A stretch of 64,000 nucleotides of DNA from Octopus bimaculoides (taxonomy: Eukaryota): NCBI RefSeq assembly GCF_001194135.2, contig NC_068983.1:72284605-72348604 (forward strand). Direction: 5' to 3'. Below, in pieces: positions 50,901 to 64,000 of this stretch. Each line of letters starts with the position of its first letter. Positions within the stretch are counted from its first letter, which is position 1. The position numbers were made by a program, and so were the translations under genes. The notes under the pieces were generated by a model, which saw nothing but the letters and a program-made list of their open reading frames with translations, did not search any database and was not told where the DNA came from.

Positions 50901-52260
50901 ATTGAATTATTTTTGAATATAATTAAGCAAAACTAAAAATAATTAAAATTATTTAATCGTGTCTAAAAATCTAAAGAAAATTTTACAATAAATAAAACAT
51001 ATTAAGATAAATATGACACATTAAAATAATTATGATATAGATAAAATAACAGAGCTAAAATGTTCATATGATTATCAATTTCCTAAATATTGTGAATTTT
51101 AAAAACTTTTTAGAGATTTTAGGAGCAATAATCAATATTGCTTTCTCAAATTCTTCAGGTTACTGCATTTTATAATGGTAGACAAAATATTACAAATTGT
51201 AAACAAATAAAACATATTAATATGCTTATCAAATGGATTAACATGCTTATCAAATTGGAAATTTTAACAATCGCAAAGAAGAGACTTCTTGGAGTGAGAT
51301 AATGAGACTACTGATTAAATGTTATTTATGTTTTAAATTACTGTCGTCATTGAAACTATGTATTTAATCTATTTGAAACTATGTATCACATCTTGGTATT
51401 TATGTGGCAACTTCTAATAAATCCAAAATTGCCAACTGAGTCCACCTTATCCAAATTTGCTGCAATCGTAAACAGTTTTCAAACATATATATCAATAGAC
51501 AGAACATAAACAAGTGCTATATAACTTAACTGATGCACTACACCTTACATAACCAATTACAAAATGACATCTTACACATTGTGGACCCAGAACAAGCAAA
51601 AACTTAATAGCGGTTTCTTCTTTATATTTGATTGGCAACTGTGTGTTCTACTTCCTGTATGACACTAAGTGGTGTTACGTAGGATTAATAATGTACATCA
51701 CTCCCACTTTGCAGTTCATCTTTGAATTTGAACAATTATCTCATGCATGAATAGAGAAATGGATGTAAAATTGCTTTTAAAAGCATTGATAATTCTGAAT
51801 ATTTTTTCATGTTAGCTTTTAACATGTTTGCTTGATATTAACATGAATTAGGATAGGATGGTCCTAAAAACTGAAGATACTTTTATAAAAATTATTGTAG
51901 CAGATGTCTTATAGTGAGAATTTATTAATGCCATCTAATTGATTCTGAATTAACCACTTAACTAGCATAACTGTAGAATTTGATCTATCTATTACTAATT
52001 TTCTATCACTTGTGACAGTTATTATTTAAACTATTTATGGTAGAAATAGCTAAGTCAGTTTGGGATGGCTTAGATATATAAAGGTGTTCCATTTTTACTT
52101 ATTCTTTCATTTCTATTATTATTATTATTATCATTATTATTATTATTATTATTATTACTACTACTACTACTACTACTGAGTGAGAGAGCAGCGCATGCCA
52201 GCAAAGTTACATTGGGGTACAAATATATTAAGCCCAATATATGCATCATGACTACCTGTC

Positions 52261-53945
52261 TTCCTTTTCCTTCCATTTGTATGTGTGGATTCAACAACCT
52301 GTAATGGTGTTGGTCCCTGGAATACAGTCATTCCATAGGTTCTTCCAACCTGCCTGGTTCATTTTCTATGAATCTCTCCTTCAACTGGTTTTTGTGTCAT
52401 TTTTCAATACCTTTTTGGCTTTTCATTCCATACATCATTTCCCCTTTGTACTTCGTAATTTTTCCTTCTTCCCAGTATTGTTTTCCATTTTTATACGACC
52501 TCATGTACACCTTATCACCGATTTTGAAAAACTTTGGATTGTCTTTCCTGGTACTTTTTCTTTCCTCGCCAGGTAACAGTTTATCAAAAACTGATTTCAC
52601 CTTCCTTGTGAACATCAATTCTGCTGGTGAGCTTCCTACTGGTCTATTGGGGGTTTGGTGTCACCCTATATACCCTTATGAATTGCTGCAGAACAACTTC
52701 ATCTGTGACTTCCTTGTTTGCTTTTTTCAAAGCTCTTTCAAAAATGTCCACGAAACAATCTGCCTGTCCATTTGATCTGGGATGGTAAGGTACTATCATT
52801 TTATGTTCTACCATGAACATTTTGCAGAATTTTCTAAATTCACAGGGCACAAGTTGTGTTCCATTATGAGATACAATCACGTCTGGGATGCCAAATCTTG
52901 TGAATAATTCATGCAAAAAATTTATTACCGTTTTGAAGGTTGGTCTTTTGCACTTAACAATTTGGAGCCATTTTATAAAACTGTCAACCACTACTAAGTA
53001 GTAATAACCATTTAACAGGACCGCAATATTGATGTAAGAAGTTTTGTTCATAGACTTCTTACTTCTGGTGAAGGCTCCCATTTTTGAGTAGGCAATTTCA
53101 CTGCCAGTGTACATCCTCTGCAGCCTTTTACTACATTTTCAACTTCCTTGTCCATCTTCGGCCAATACACATAACTGCACATAAGTGCTTTCATCCTTGT
53201 GATCCCTGGATGTCCAATATGGAATTCTTTCAACATTCTTTTTTGTCAAGTCTCAGGTATCACTACCCTTCGGCCATACATCAGTACACATGTGTTTACT
53301 TCTTGTTTTTTTCTTACCAAACCATTTTTTTGTTTACTCTCACTGACCACAGAATTTTTTTGTTTAATTAATTAACTTATCTTTTGACGTGTGTTGCTTT
53401 ATCTCCTCCGGAGTTATTGGTAACTCTTGTACAATGTTCCACATTACGTTTTTAATTTCCCCTTTGGCTCTTAGGGCTGCTATTACTGTGTCCTCGAATG
53501 GTTCGCCATTTCTGGGTATTGTCCTAGCTTTTTCATAGTTGTAGTTTAGTAGTATGGTGCCCCATCACTGCAACCTATTTGCTGTATGTCCTAGGATTCC
53601 TCTCTGGGATCCATAAATCGTTAGCAAGGGGCGATGGTCTGTTTATAGTCTAAACCATCTATCATGTATAAACCTGTGGAATTTTTTTATGCCAAATATA
53701 ATCACCAATGCCTCTTTTTCAATTTGGCTATAGTTTTTTTCCACTGGCAATAGTGTCTTTGATGCGTGAGCTATGGCCTTTTGACTGCCATCTTCACATG
53801 TGTGTAGGAGTACAGCACCTACCCCATACTCACTAGCATCTGTTGCCAGTATTATTTCCAATGTTGGACCAAAATATGTAAGCAACAAGTCTGAAGTTAA
53901 CATGCTTTTTAGTTCCTCAAATGCCTTCTGTAAAGATTTCACTAC
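52261..53945 (-). mobile_element. Ty3/Gypsy pol pseudogene fragment (RNase H, integrase, GPY/F)
   Basis: LATDASEYGVGAVL…KNYSQIEKEAL; HIGHPGITRMK…YWPKM…CRGC (HHCC); VVVDSFIKW…FGIPDVIVSHNG…PYHPRSNGQAD; FKIGDKVYMR; several frameshifts, no adjacent LTR. Confidence 0.93.
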
Positions 53946-55829
53946 TCTATGTATACTTCACTATTATCCATAACTTTTCCAATTGTGGCTACAATATCTG
54001 ATAGACTAACAAGCAAAATATAAATAACTATGTGGAACACAAGATAAAAACTTAAACTCACAAAACATCACAGTTTTTAATAGCTGCCTATTTCTCAATT
54101 CAGCAAGTAGGTCATAAAGTATATAAAACACATGACTCTAAACTACAGTAGACATCTGATGCAATCAACTAGAATAATAAAAGAAAAACAAATCTGTCAT
54201 CATACACATTAAAATAGAGTTTTCAGCATTTTTGACACTCTCCACCATCTTTCACAACAACTACAAAAGCAACAAACAACAACAACAAATAATAATAATA
54301 ATGATAATAATAATATGGTAATAATAATAATTTGGAAAATAATTTAAGATTATACCTTTGCTAACGCAATTTTTATTGTTTTTGAAAAATGTTTATGTAG
54401 AAGATTGCCAGTGAAAAATAAAATTCCCCCCCACCAAAATAAATGATTAATATCAAGTTGTAAGATACAATAATTTTCTACTATAGTATATAACATAAGT
54501 GTAATAAATAAATAAAAAATTGATTATACCTCAAAATATTGCTAGTATAATAATAATAATTTCAAGTGAAAATTAGAAAAAAATAAAAAAACAAATAGCG
54601 ATATTGTGTTACTATTTTGGAGAAAATATATCAAACTATAAATATATTACATAAATATGTGTATGTTTACACACACTTGTCATTATTCACACAGGTATCA
54701 CTCTAGGAGCACTTGGCTCTGTTACTGTCAATAAAAACCAAGATACCAGAATGTTCTAATCAATAACACTGCCTTAAACAAAGCTTTAAGGGATTTGAAG
54801 GAAACAAACAAATGTAGCTTTAAATCAATACAACTTAATCAATAGCAAACAAGGCTTATGTGTTTGCTTTTTTAGAATGGCAAACATTTGCTCTATCTTT
54901 TTCTTTCTACAATAAATTCCTATGGATGTATATAGATGAATGTGTGCATGTATACATATTTGTATGTATGCATATATGTGTATGCATGCAATTCATATAC
55001 AATAAACATTATTGATTTTATAAATCAAGATAATTACAACAAATATTTTTTTAAATAATCAGCTGGATATATACATATATATATATATATATATATGTAA
55101 AATTTGAAAATGACTATACCTAATTATTCAAGTTTTATTTATATTTTGTTATTATAGCTTGGAGGTAAAATTTAATAGATTTGCTGCAGAAATTTGAAAT
55201 TATTATTGTAGATTTATCCAAATCTCTATTGTTCACTTTGCAGTCAAGTGAAATAGTCATACAACTGTCACTCAGATTTGACTAATCAATAAAATGAATA
55301 CTTGCAATAACCATGAGTCTCAGAACAATATTGAGCAACAATTTTTTTCTTTTTACAGCTTTATATTTCTTTGATAATTTAACCCTATAACAGATTCTTA
55401 TACAACTTTTTTTTAATCAATTCTAATTTTAGATATCTTTCTTTAAATCACAGTATACCAAATTAGCATAGTATTCACTTTTTCAGCTTAGCTTTATATT
55501 TTCTTGCTTTATTTATTTATTACCAAGTTACAGAAAGTGAGTAATTCTTAATTTCACTATTATACATGTACTGATTCATTCAGCTTTCGCATCAGTTGTT
55601 AGATGCATAGCAACACAATTTTATATTCTGGTATTAATAAACAGGAATAGCTACCAAAATTTAATACAATGGAGCAATCAATAACAACAAAAGATTTTGT
55701 TTTCCATTGATTTCTAGTTCCATATATCAAGAAGTTGGGATCAATTCTATTGATATGAAAAATAAAACTCTGCTATATGGAACTAATTCTTTAGATCAAA
55801 ATTTGATCAAAGTTTTATCAAAATATGAT

Positions 55830-55875
<46 letters not shown>

Positions 55876-57107
55876 TCACACACACACATATAGATATATA
55901 GGAAATTAAATTATATATATTTATATATAGGAAGTTAAATTTATTATAGAAGTGTTGTATTAAGGAATTTTCTTAACTTGAGAACTACTTAACTTTTTCC
56001 CTTCTGGCTTAACAGTTTTGGATGTAATAAATTTTCTATTAGCAGTTTTTGACTATGTAATGTCTATAACTAAATATAAATAGCTTTTTACAATAGGCAT
56101 ACATACACACTTGTTCATGTATAATCATTTGCAATATTGCAGGTATATCTACTTGCATACATGTACATATCAGTAAGAAAACACACATGCATATGCATTC
56201 ATAGAACTGATTTTGTAAAGCAAACACTTCAAGGATACTGGTAAAATATTCTAGTTAAAGTTGTAAGAAATGTAGGTATAACAGTAAATATTTTAAAACA
56301 AGGAGGGAAGTTCAAGGATAAATAACTTTATATTGTGACAGAAGTCAATTATCCAGTTGCTATAAATGCTTTATGCAAAAATCAATCAAGAAGAAAATAA
56401 TCATTTTACTAATACAGAATCAGAAACTAATGTTTCATAAATATGAGGTTAATAATTTAAGCCTGTTAATATCACTGAATGAGGAGCTTCTACACAGACA
56501 CTTGACCAACTAGAAATGGGACTTGAGCTAAATCTAAAGTAAATCATGCCCTTCTGTTTTAAAAAAGTGGAAGGAAAATGACAGTGTAGCTTTAGATATG
56601 TATTATGTCTAGATAAATGATGCAATAGTTATGCGTGTAGCATTCTTTGGTCACAGTTTTACTCAATCAAGATTTCTTATGTCTAAATATCAACAACAAT
56701 GACTATGAGAAGCTGGGCTCACAAAGAGAAGTACTGACATAGCTGATATGAAACCTTAGAAAATCATTTAATAGTGCTATTAAATGTAAATTATGAGGAT
56801 TTTCTCAAAATCTCTGTATTTAACTTTTTTGTTTTTTGGCTTGAATACTAAACAAAATAGTTATGCCTAAGAATATTTGGCTTGATTAAACAAAGAAGAG
56901 ACATACACACATTATATATACTTGATAGATATATACAATAACAGGTACTGATGTGAAGTTAAAAAGTACGCTTCACAGTTAAATTGTATCCATATGCAGT
57001 ACTTTAACCAAGTGTCATCTATTATAGCTTAGGATTGACCAATCCCTTGTGATTGGAATGTGATGAATGGAAACTGCACAGAAGTCAAACATATACTCCA
57101 CACACAC

Positions 57108-57158
<51 letters not shown>

Positions 57159-58523
57159 ACATTTAATAGTTAAAAGAATAAATGCTATATATGTAAGCCT
57201 TATTTTTCTCCAAAAACAGGTTATTAAGTATACATGAAATTAATATATCACAGATCTTGGCTGAACTGCTGGCTATTAATATCGTGAGAAGGGCAAAAAG
57301 TAATTTTAATCTAAAATGCACTGTCATTTCATAAAATCGTTTTCCTGGGAAGCATTATTATTTCAATTTCTTACTGCTGAGTGTAACTAATGTAGCAAAA
57401 CTTTAGCATCCCTGAATAAATTTTGGTTCAATAGTGGCTAATATCTTTGAATATCAAACAGGAGACATAATTAGATCTTAGCTGTTTTATGACATTATTG
57501 TTCTTATGGAAAAATAGTGATAAAATGAATTTGGCTTCTGAAACTGTTTATAATTTTTTAATCTAAATTGTCTTTCTGCTTATTTTAACAATCTCAGTCT
57601 CAGTAGTATTGATTAGTTGTATGGTTGGTTTCAGCTGTAAATTTTCTTTATGGTCTATAGATGTGAAATATGATGCCATGAGTAGTGAAGATTCAGACTT
57701 CTCATCAACATCTACTACAGTGATAATTTTCATTATTGTTCGTTGATTCCATTCTTTTCTATTTTCTTGTACTGAATGGCAACTGAGTTTGAAAACTAAA
57801 TATGCTGCTTATAGTCGTTGTGGTCATTTTGACATAAACTTGTAGCATTATCAGTTGGATTTAATATATTATTGCATTGTTGAATGGTTATACAGTTAAT
57901 CTAACAAGTTATCAATGACCTTGTGCTTAATATCTCTCACAAGTGAGATAGCTTAGATGTCCCGTAGCACTTAAACTACAGAACTCAATACATCTTTGTA
58001 TCCAGAGTACAACCTTCTATAATGTGTTACACATTTCTCTGATATATTCAAATTGAGTACCATGAGATTGATATTTGTTGATAAAACATGCTAATGCTAT
58101 AAATAAAAAGGGTCAACCTTTATGGTCACAAACCAAACCTTTGCTTATATCAAAATAGCTTTCTGGCAAGTGGAGGTTTTCAATAAAAGTAAAAGATTTA
58201 AGGAGAGAAATGCAACAAAAAACATGAAATGAAGCCTTCAATACAATGAAAAACTTATTAAGAGGTAATAACACAGTAGATAATGTACTTGAGCACTTGC
58301 TCCAAGATCATACATTTAGATATACTGCAAGATTTTGCTGTATTTCTGAAAAGGACATTTAATTCTTCATTACCTGAAGATCAACTGGAAATGCTGCTTC
58401 TGATTAGATCACTAGCTTCTTATTCTGGAGAAGTCTTATCTTTCACCTGCTTTATGCAATAAAACTGGAGCTAAGTACTATCCCTCAAAAGTTCCTCAGA
58501 ATGTAGAATGCATTTATATTACA

Positions 58524-58600
58524 CTAGCAGCTAATCCCAGTTTCACCTGGTCTGTTTGGATGATGTGGTTGTGATCGTTTTCGGTTAGGCATAATCTATA
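58524..58600 (-). mobile_element. Probable Helitron 3' terminus
   Basis: Minus strand: decayed hairpin (plus strand cccagtttcacctgg), then ctgCTAG|T with CTAG at 58524-58527. Confidence 0.45.
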
Positions 58601-60652
58601 ACAGCGTTTCTCAACCTTATCATTTCGGGTCTCCTGTTTCGATTGGAGCCTCCAGCTGTATGAAAATTTCCTGACTGCCCCCCCCCCACCTTGTCAGAAA
58701 ACAGCTTCAGGAGTTGTGAAGAATGAGTTTGTACATAGTCTGTTTCTAAGAGCTATTCTATTGGACCTTTGTCTAATCATTAGAACATTGATTTAATTAT
58801 GAACATAGAAAGAAATTACACATTAATCCCTATTTTAGTAAGCAGTTGTATCTGTATGTGAGAGAAAGAGGGTGAGAAAGAGAGATAGACGATAGTTGAT
58901 TTATGGAAAAGATTATGCTAAACATTTTGAATGCAAATATGTGAATGAAAATTAAGTTCAGACCTCTACATGGTAGCTAGACCTGGTAGAAATAGCAGTT
59001 AAATCTCCCTCAAAACACCCTACTGTCTTAATCCGACAATTTTGCCTATTATGTAGTTTGAAAGAGAAACTGTAACTAAAGATTAAGATTATTAACCCCA
59101 CAAAGAGGTGAAAGAAGAGAGAGGGGAATTCCATTAGAAAAAGTTTTAATCGATTTTCTTGGCAACTATGGAGGCTAGGAAAAAATACAAACTGCATTCC
59201 AATCTATGCACCTGTCTCCACATGTGTGCCATTTTCCACATGAATCCACCCAGCAGTTTGGCTGTGAACCTCAAGACAAGAAAGAAGACAACGATCGCCC
59301 ATGTCCAATCTATATTATAGATTAAATTCCAGACTAGCGGCTAAGGTAACACCAAAACTAGGGTGGTATATTTCACTTTACCCTTATTTACACAACACCT
59401 GCATGGCTCTTTCCTATACCCTTCCCAGACTTGCACCCTAAAAAAGTCACTTCTGTGTTACTGATCCATCGAGAAAGAGTTATGGAAATAAGCCATAGGT
59501 CAACACTGCATTTATTGCAGAACTTAATATCATGGCAAAGTAATGTATCACTATATATATTTATGTGTGAGATATTTAGCTAGTGAGAAGAACGATAATA
59601 CTAGAAAATAGCTAAGAAAAAAACACCAAGGATATCTTAATAGTCACATTAGCATACTTTCAATTAGATATGCCAGTGTATGTACTATGCACTGGATATA
59701 GCAGTTCTGAATATACACTTAGGAATAAATTAGAGCTTATGTTTGTTAATACTTACAACATAGATAGAGTGGGGGATTGGCTGACTTGCTAGAGCTACAG
59801 ACAAAATGCCTTGCACTATTTATTTATGTCTCTTTACTTTCTGAGTTAAGACCCTGTCATGATCGACTTAGCCTTTCATCCTTCTGATATAGTAAAAGAA
59901 CCAGCCAAGTTCGAGAAAACCACTCCCAGCTAGAATTCATGGCTTTCATAAATTGTACCCATAAATATTGCAAATTTTAGTGTGTGTGTGTGTGTGTGTG
60001 CGTACACATGCATACATACGCACTTATAGCTCAGGTAAGGCTGATAATTTAGAAGTCCATTTTGTAGTCATATGACTTTAGGGTCAACATAACTGTTCTG
60101 CACCTTGGGCAAGACTCTCCTTTCGTAACTCTGGGCTAAACAAAGCCTTCTAAGTGAATTTGGTACATGGAAATTGCACAGACGCTCATCTTGAATGAAT
60201 GTGTGGGTGGGTGTGTGTGTGTGTGTGGGTGTTCAACTTTCATCACATGACATCTGAGATTGGTCTGTTTACATCACCATAATTTAGCAGTTCAGCAAAA
60301 ACAGACTGACAGTATAAATGCCAGACTTTAAAATAAGTACTGGTGTTGAATTGATTAACTAAACTCTTCAAGGTGGGGTGGTGCTGCAGCATGTCTGTAG
60401 TTCAGCAACATAGAATAAAAAAATAAATTCATAGCAAGCTCATTCACACAATACTTGTGTGTGTGCACAATAAAAACTGCCGAGTTGTTAAGATCCTGAA
60501 CAGGTAGCTGAGATGTTCAGATGTAGTCATTGTTTTCTACTAAATGATGCAGCTACCTAACCAAAAATAAATTCCATAAGATAGGAACAATTCACCTCTG
60601 TAAACAGAGGCAGCAAATAAAACTGATCGATGAGTTAGTACTGCATTCAGAT

Positions 60653-61010
60653 GTGAAGGCGCATGGCTCAGTGGTTAGAGGAATCGGCTGACAATCAAGA
60701 GGTAGTGAGTTTGATTCCTAGACCAGGCTCTGTGTTGTGTTATTGAGAAAGACACTCTATTTCACATTGTTCCAGTTCATTCAGCTGTGGAAATTAGTTG
60801 CGATGTCACAGGTGTCAAGCTCTATCGGCTTTTGCCTTTCCTATGGATAACTTCAGTGGTTTGGAGAGTGGGAGCTGGTATGCATGGGTGACTGTTAGTC
60901 TTCCATAAACAACCTTGTCCAGACTTGTGCCTTTGAGGGGAACTTTCTAGGTACATCCCATGGTCATTCATGAGTGAAGGGGTCTTTACCCTTGGGAAGG
61001 GTTTTGCTCT
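60653..61010 (+). mobile_element. tRNA-derived SINE, CORE-like body
   Basis: gaaggcgcatggctcagtggttagag (box A)…gagtttgattcc (box B)…ttgagaaagacactctatttcac. Confidence 0.75.
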
Positions 61011-61167
61011 GCTGAGATAATTCTTCAAAGATACACCACCATATAAAGAAGTTTTCAGTGAACTCTTTCAATACAATATATTAAATTCTATGTGTAAATA
61101 TGTTCCATGTATGTATGCAATCAGAGTATGCATGTAGTCCATGCATTGATGTGTTCAGTATATCTAT

Positions 61168-61553
61168 ATTCTTTTATTTGTTTCAGTCATTTGACTGGCC
61201 ATGCTGGAGCACCACCTTTAGTCGAGCAAATCGACCCCAGGAGTTATTCTTTGTAAGCCTAGTACTTATTCGATCAGTCTCTCTAAGTGACAGGGACGTA
61301 AACACACCGGCATCGGTTGTCAAGCGATGTTGGGGGGACAAACACAGACACACAAACATATATATATATATATATATATATATNNNNNNNNNNNNNNNNN
61401 NNNNNNNNNNNNNNNNNNNNNNNNNNNNNNNNNNNNNNNNNNNNNNNNNNNNNNNNNNNNNNNNNNNNNNNNNNNNNNNNNNNNNNNNNNNNNNNNNNNN
61501 NNNNNNNNNNNNNNNNNNNNNNNNNNNNNNNNNNNNNNNNNNNNNNNNNNNNN

Positions 61554-61607
<54 letters not shown>

Positions 61608-61770
61608 CAACAGGCTTCTTTCAGTTTCCACCTACCAAATCCATTCACAAGGCTTTGGTTGGCCCGAGGCTAAAGTAGAAGACACTTGCCCGAGGTGCCA
61701 TGCAGTGGGACTGAACCCAGAACCATGTGGTTGGTAAGCAAGCTACTTACCACACAGTCACTCCTGCACC
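61168..61770 (-). mobile_element. tRNA-derived SINE with expanded internal (TA)n spanning a gap
   Basis: Same family as 28140-28503; N gap 61384-61553 lies within the (TA)n. Confidence 0.88.
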
Positions 61771-62734
61771 TATAGTTGAACATGTATGAGTACATGACAT
61801 CTATGTATGATATATCTATGTATTTGCAACCCAAGTGTATTAATAATTATTCATTCACTGTATTTTACATTGCTCTGTAAATACACTGCAACCCAATCTC
61901 TTTATGACTATTTTATGTATCTTGGAATGATATGTACATATTTAAACATGACTGTTTGCTTCTGATTTATACTGACTTTTCCATAAGAGTTGGATGGTTT
62001 CACAGTGCTACTATGAAACTTTTATTAATTATGTTGACTGAGGCAAATAAAATAATGTTTCTTGTTTTGTGGTTTAACATACTGTCATTTGAATGGTTAA
62101 AATTCATTTCATTTAAATGAGTACAATATACATTAATTATATTACTATCTCAATTCATATTTATAAATATAAGCATACACAAACACACACACACAATTTT
62201 TTTATTTCCTTTTACTGGTTTCTTTCAGTGGACTGTGGCCAAACTGGGCCAATTCTTTCAAAGGTTTTAGTCAATCATATCAACCCTAATATTTACTTCC
62301 ATCTGGTACATATTTTACAATCATTATTTGCTGAACTGCTAAGTACAAGACACATAAACAATCACATGGTTTTTACACAAACACACACAGGTATATATGG
62401 CAAGCTTCTGTACAGGTACTATCTACAAAATTCTATTCACAAGGTATTGATCAGATGCTACAGTAGAAGACACTTTCTCAAGGAGTACAAGTGGGATCAA
62501 ACCAGGAACCAAATGATTGTAATTCATACTTCTTAAGCACACAGCCATGCCTACCTGTATACTAGGGTGCTGTCCCTTATATGGCAGGCAACATAAGGGA
62601 TATACTTTTACCACTTTTGTAACATCAGTTAATGTCATAAAGGTACAATAATTACAATTTTACATTTACAAATTTGTTTTCCAAGATTTCTGATGTGAAA
62701 TCATGTGTTGAAACAGATATTGTTATATTTCGAG

Positions 62735-63056
62735 ATTCTTTTGTTCTTTTACATGTTTCAGTCATTTGACTGCAGCCATGCTGGAGCTGTGCCTTAGAGG
62801 GTTTTAGTCAAAGAAATCAACCCCAGGACTTATTCCTTGTAAGCTTAGCACTTATTTTATCATCACTTTTACTGAACTGCTAAGTTACTGGGACATAAAC
62901 ATATCCACATCAGTTGTCAAGCGATGATGGGGAGACAAATACAGACACAAAGAGACGCACACATAAATATGTCTTGCAAACAACTCGCACATGCAAGTGC
63001 TACCAGTCGAGAACTCCGCGCCATTTCGGGGCCTACCTCTCGACGGTATCAATGTG

Positions 63057-63098
<42 letters not shown>

Positions 63099-63252
63099 TT
63101 TCAGTTTCCATCTACCAAATCCACTCACAAGGCTTTCGTCTACCCAAGACTATAGTAGAAGACACTTGCCCAGGGAGCCTTCACAGTGAGACTGAACCTG
63201 GATCCATGTGGTTGGGAGGCAAGCTTCTTACCACACAGCCACACCTGCTCTC
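62735..63252 (-). mobile_element. tRNA-derived SINE carrying a foreign insert of about 90 bp at 62970-63060
   Basis: Family tail at about 62740-62950 and head at about 63095-63252 flank a CpG-rich insert plus (TA)n. Confidence 0.8.
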
Positions 63253-63939
63253 CTATACAGTCATTATTTTTTCTTGCCAAATAAACACATGCACTATGCA
63301 TGTATTTATTTGATGGATGTGTTTACTTTGCAAGAAAAAACGATGACCATCCTGAAATATAACAATTACAATTTTACTTTTACTCAAATTTCATGGTACC
63401 TATACAAAATAATGAAATTAATATGAATTTCCAAAATAAAAATGTTTCTAAAATAATGTTTCACATAAAACATACTACTCATTTGTACATTTGCAACAAA
63501 TATATATTATCAATAACAATAATACTGTTTAACTATCAATTGATTACAGATGTAGGACCACTTGATATTATAGTGGAAACAGAATAGTCTTAACATTACC
63601 CCATAATATGACAAATAACACTCATCATCGTCATTATTGTCATTGTCATCATCTAATATCTGTCTTCCATACTGGCTTGGGTTGGATGGTTTGACAGGAT
63701 CCAGTGACCTGAAGGACTTCATTGAGCTTCAATGTCTACTTTGGCATTGATTTTGCAGATGGATGAATTGACATTACCTGTACAAGTGCAACGGGTGCTA
63801 CATGTCAGATGACGAAATGATCAGGGCGCAACATGAAATGAAGTGCTTTTCTCAAGAGTACAACACAACGCCTGGTCAAACCCATGACCTCACAATTGTG
63901 AGTACAACACTTTAACCACTGAGCCATGTGCCTTCACAC

Positions 63940-63980
<41 letters not shown>

Positions 63981-64000
63981 GTATATATATATATATATAT

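Noticed and set aside
58602-58720. hAT/Charlie-like terminus CAGCGTTTCTCAACCT after atctataa
   Set aside because: No convincing second TIR or matching 8-bp TSD found.
34346-64000. TULP4 first coding exon (expected …GWLATGN…NLRGH…)
   Set aside because: No matching minus-strand codons found by eye; it probably lies beyond the window. A tBLASTN search would settle this.

Overview
AT-rich, repeat-dense animal genomic DNA with four assembly gaps. The SINE, RTE and microsatellite content looks like Octopus (recognised from memory, not database-confirmed). The only host gene supported is TULP4 on the minus strand: two phase-0 coding exons (34217-34345 and 53-217) joined by a 33,999-bp GT-AG intron. 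The first coding exon was not found and probably lies beyond 64000. The rest is intronic and holds decayed RTE LINEs, Dong/R4-type RLE retrotransposon relics, Tc1 and mariner elements, Helitrons, Gypsy remnants, tRNA-derived SINEs and microsatellites. Four observations stand out: (1) a CpG-rich promoter-like island at about 22.04-22.9 kb (paired E-boxes, CCAAT, TATA, downstream AATAAA) pointing antisense inside the TULP4 intron; (2) an 879-bp almost fully palindromic non-autonomous transposon with an 8-bp TSD and telomere-like repeats in both arms; (3) a perfect 87-bp inverted duplication 4.5 kb apart, one copy at a Gypsy breakpoint; (4) two Helitrons lying tail to tail. No CRISPR, rRNA or genuine tRNA genes were seen.
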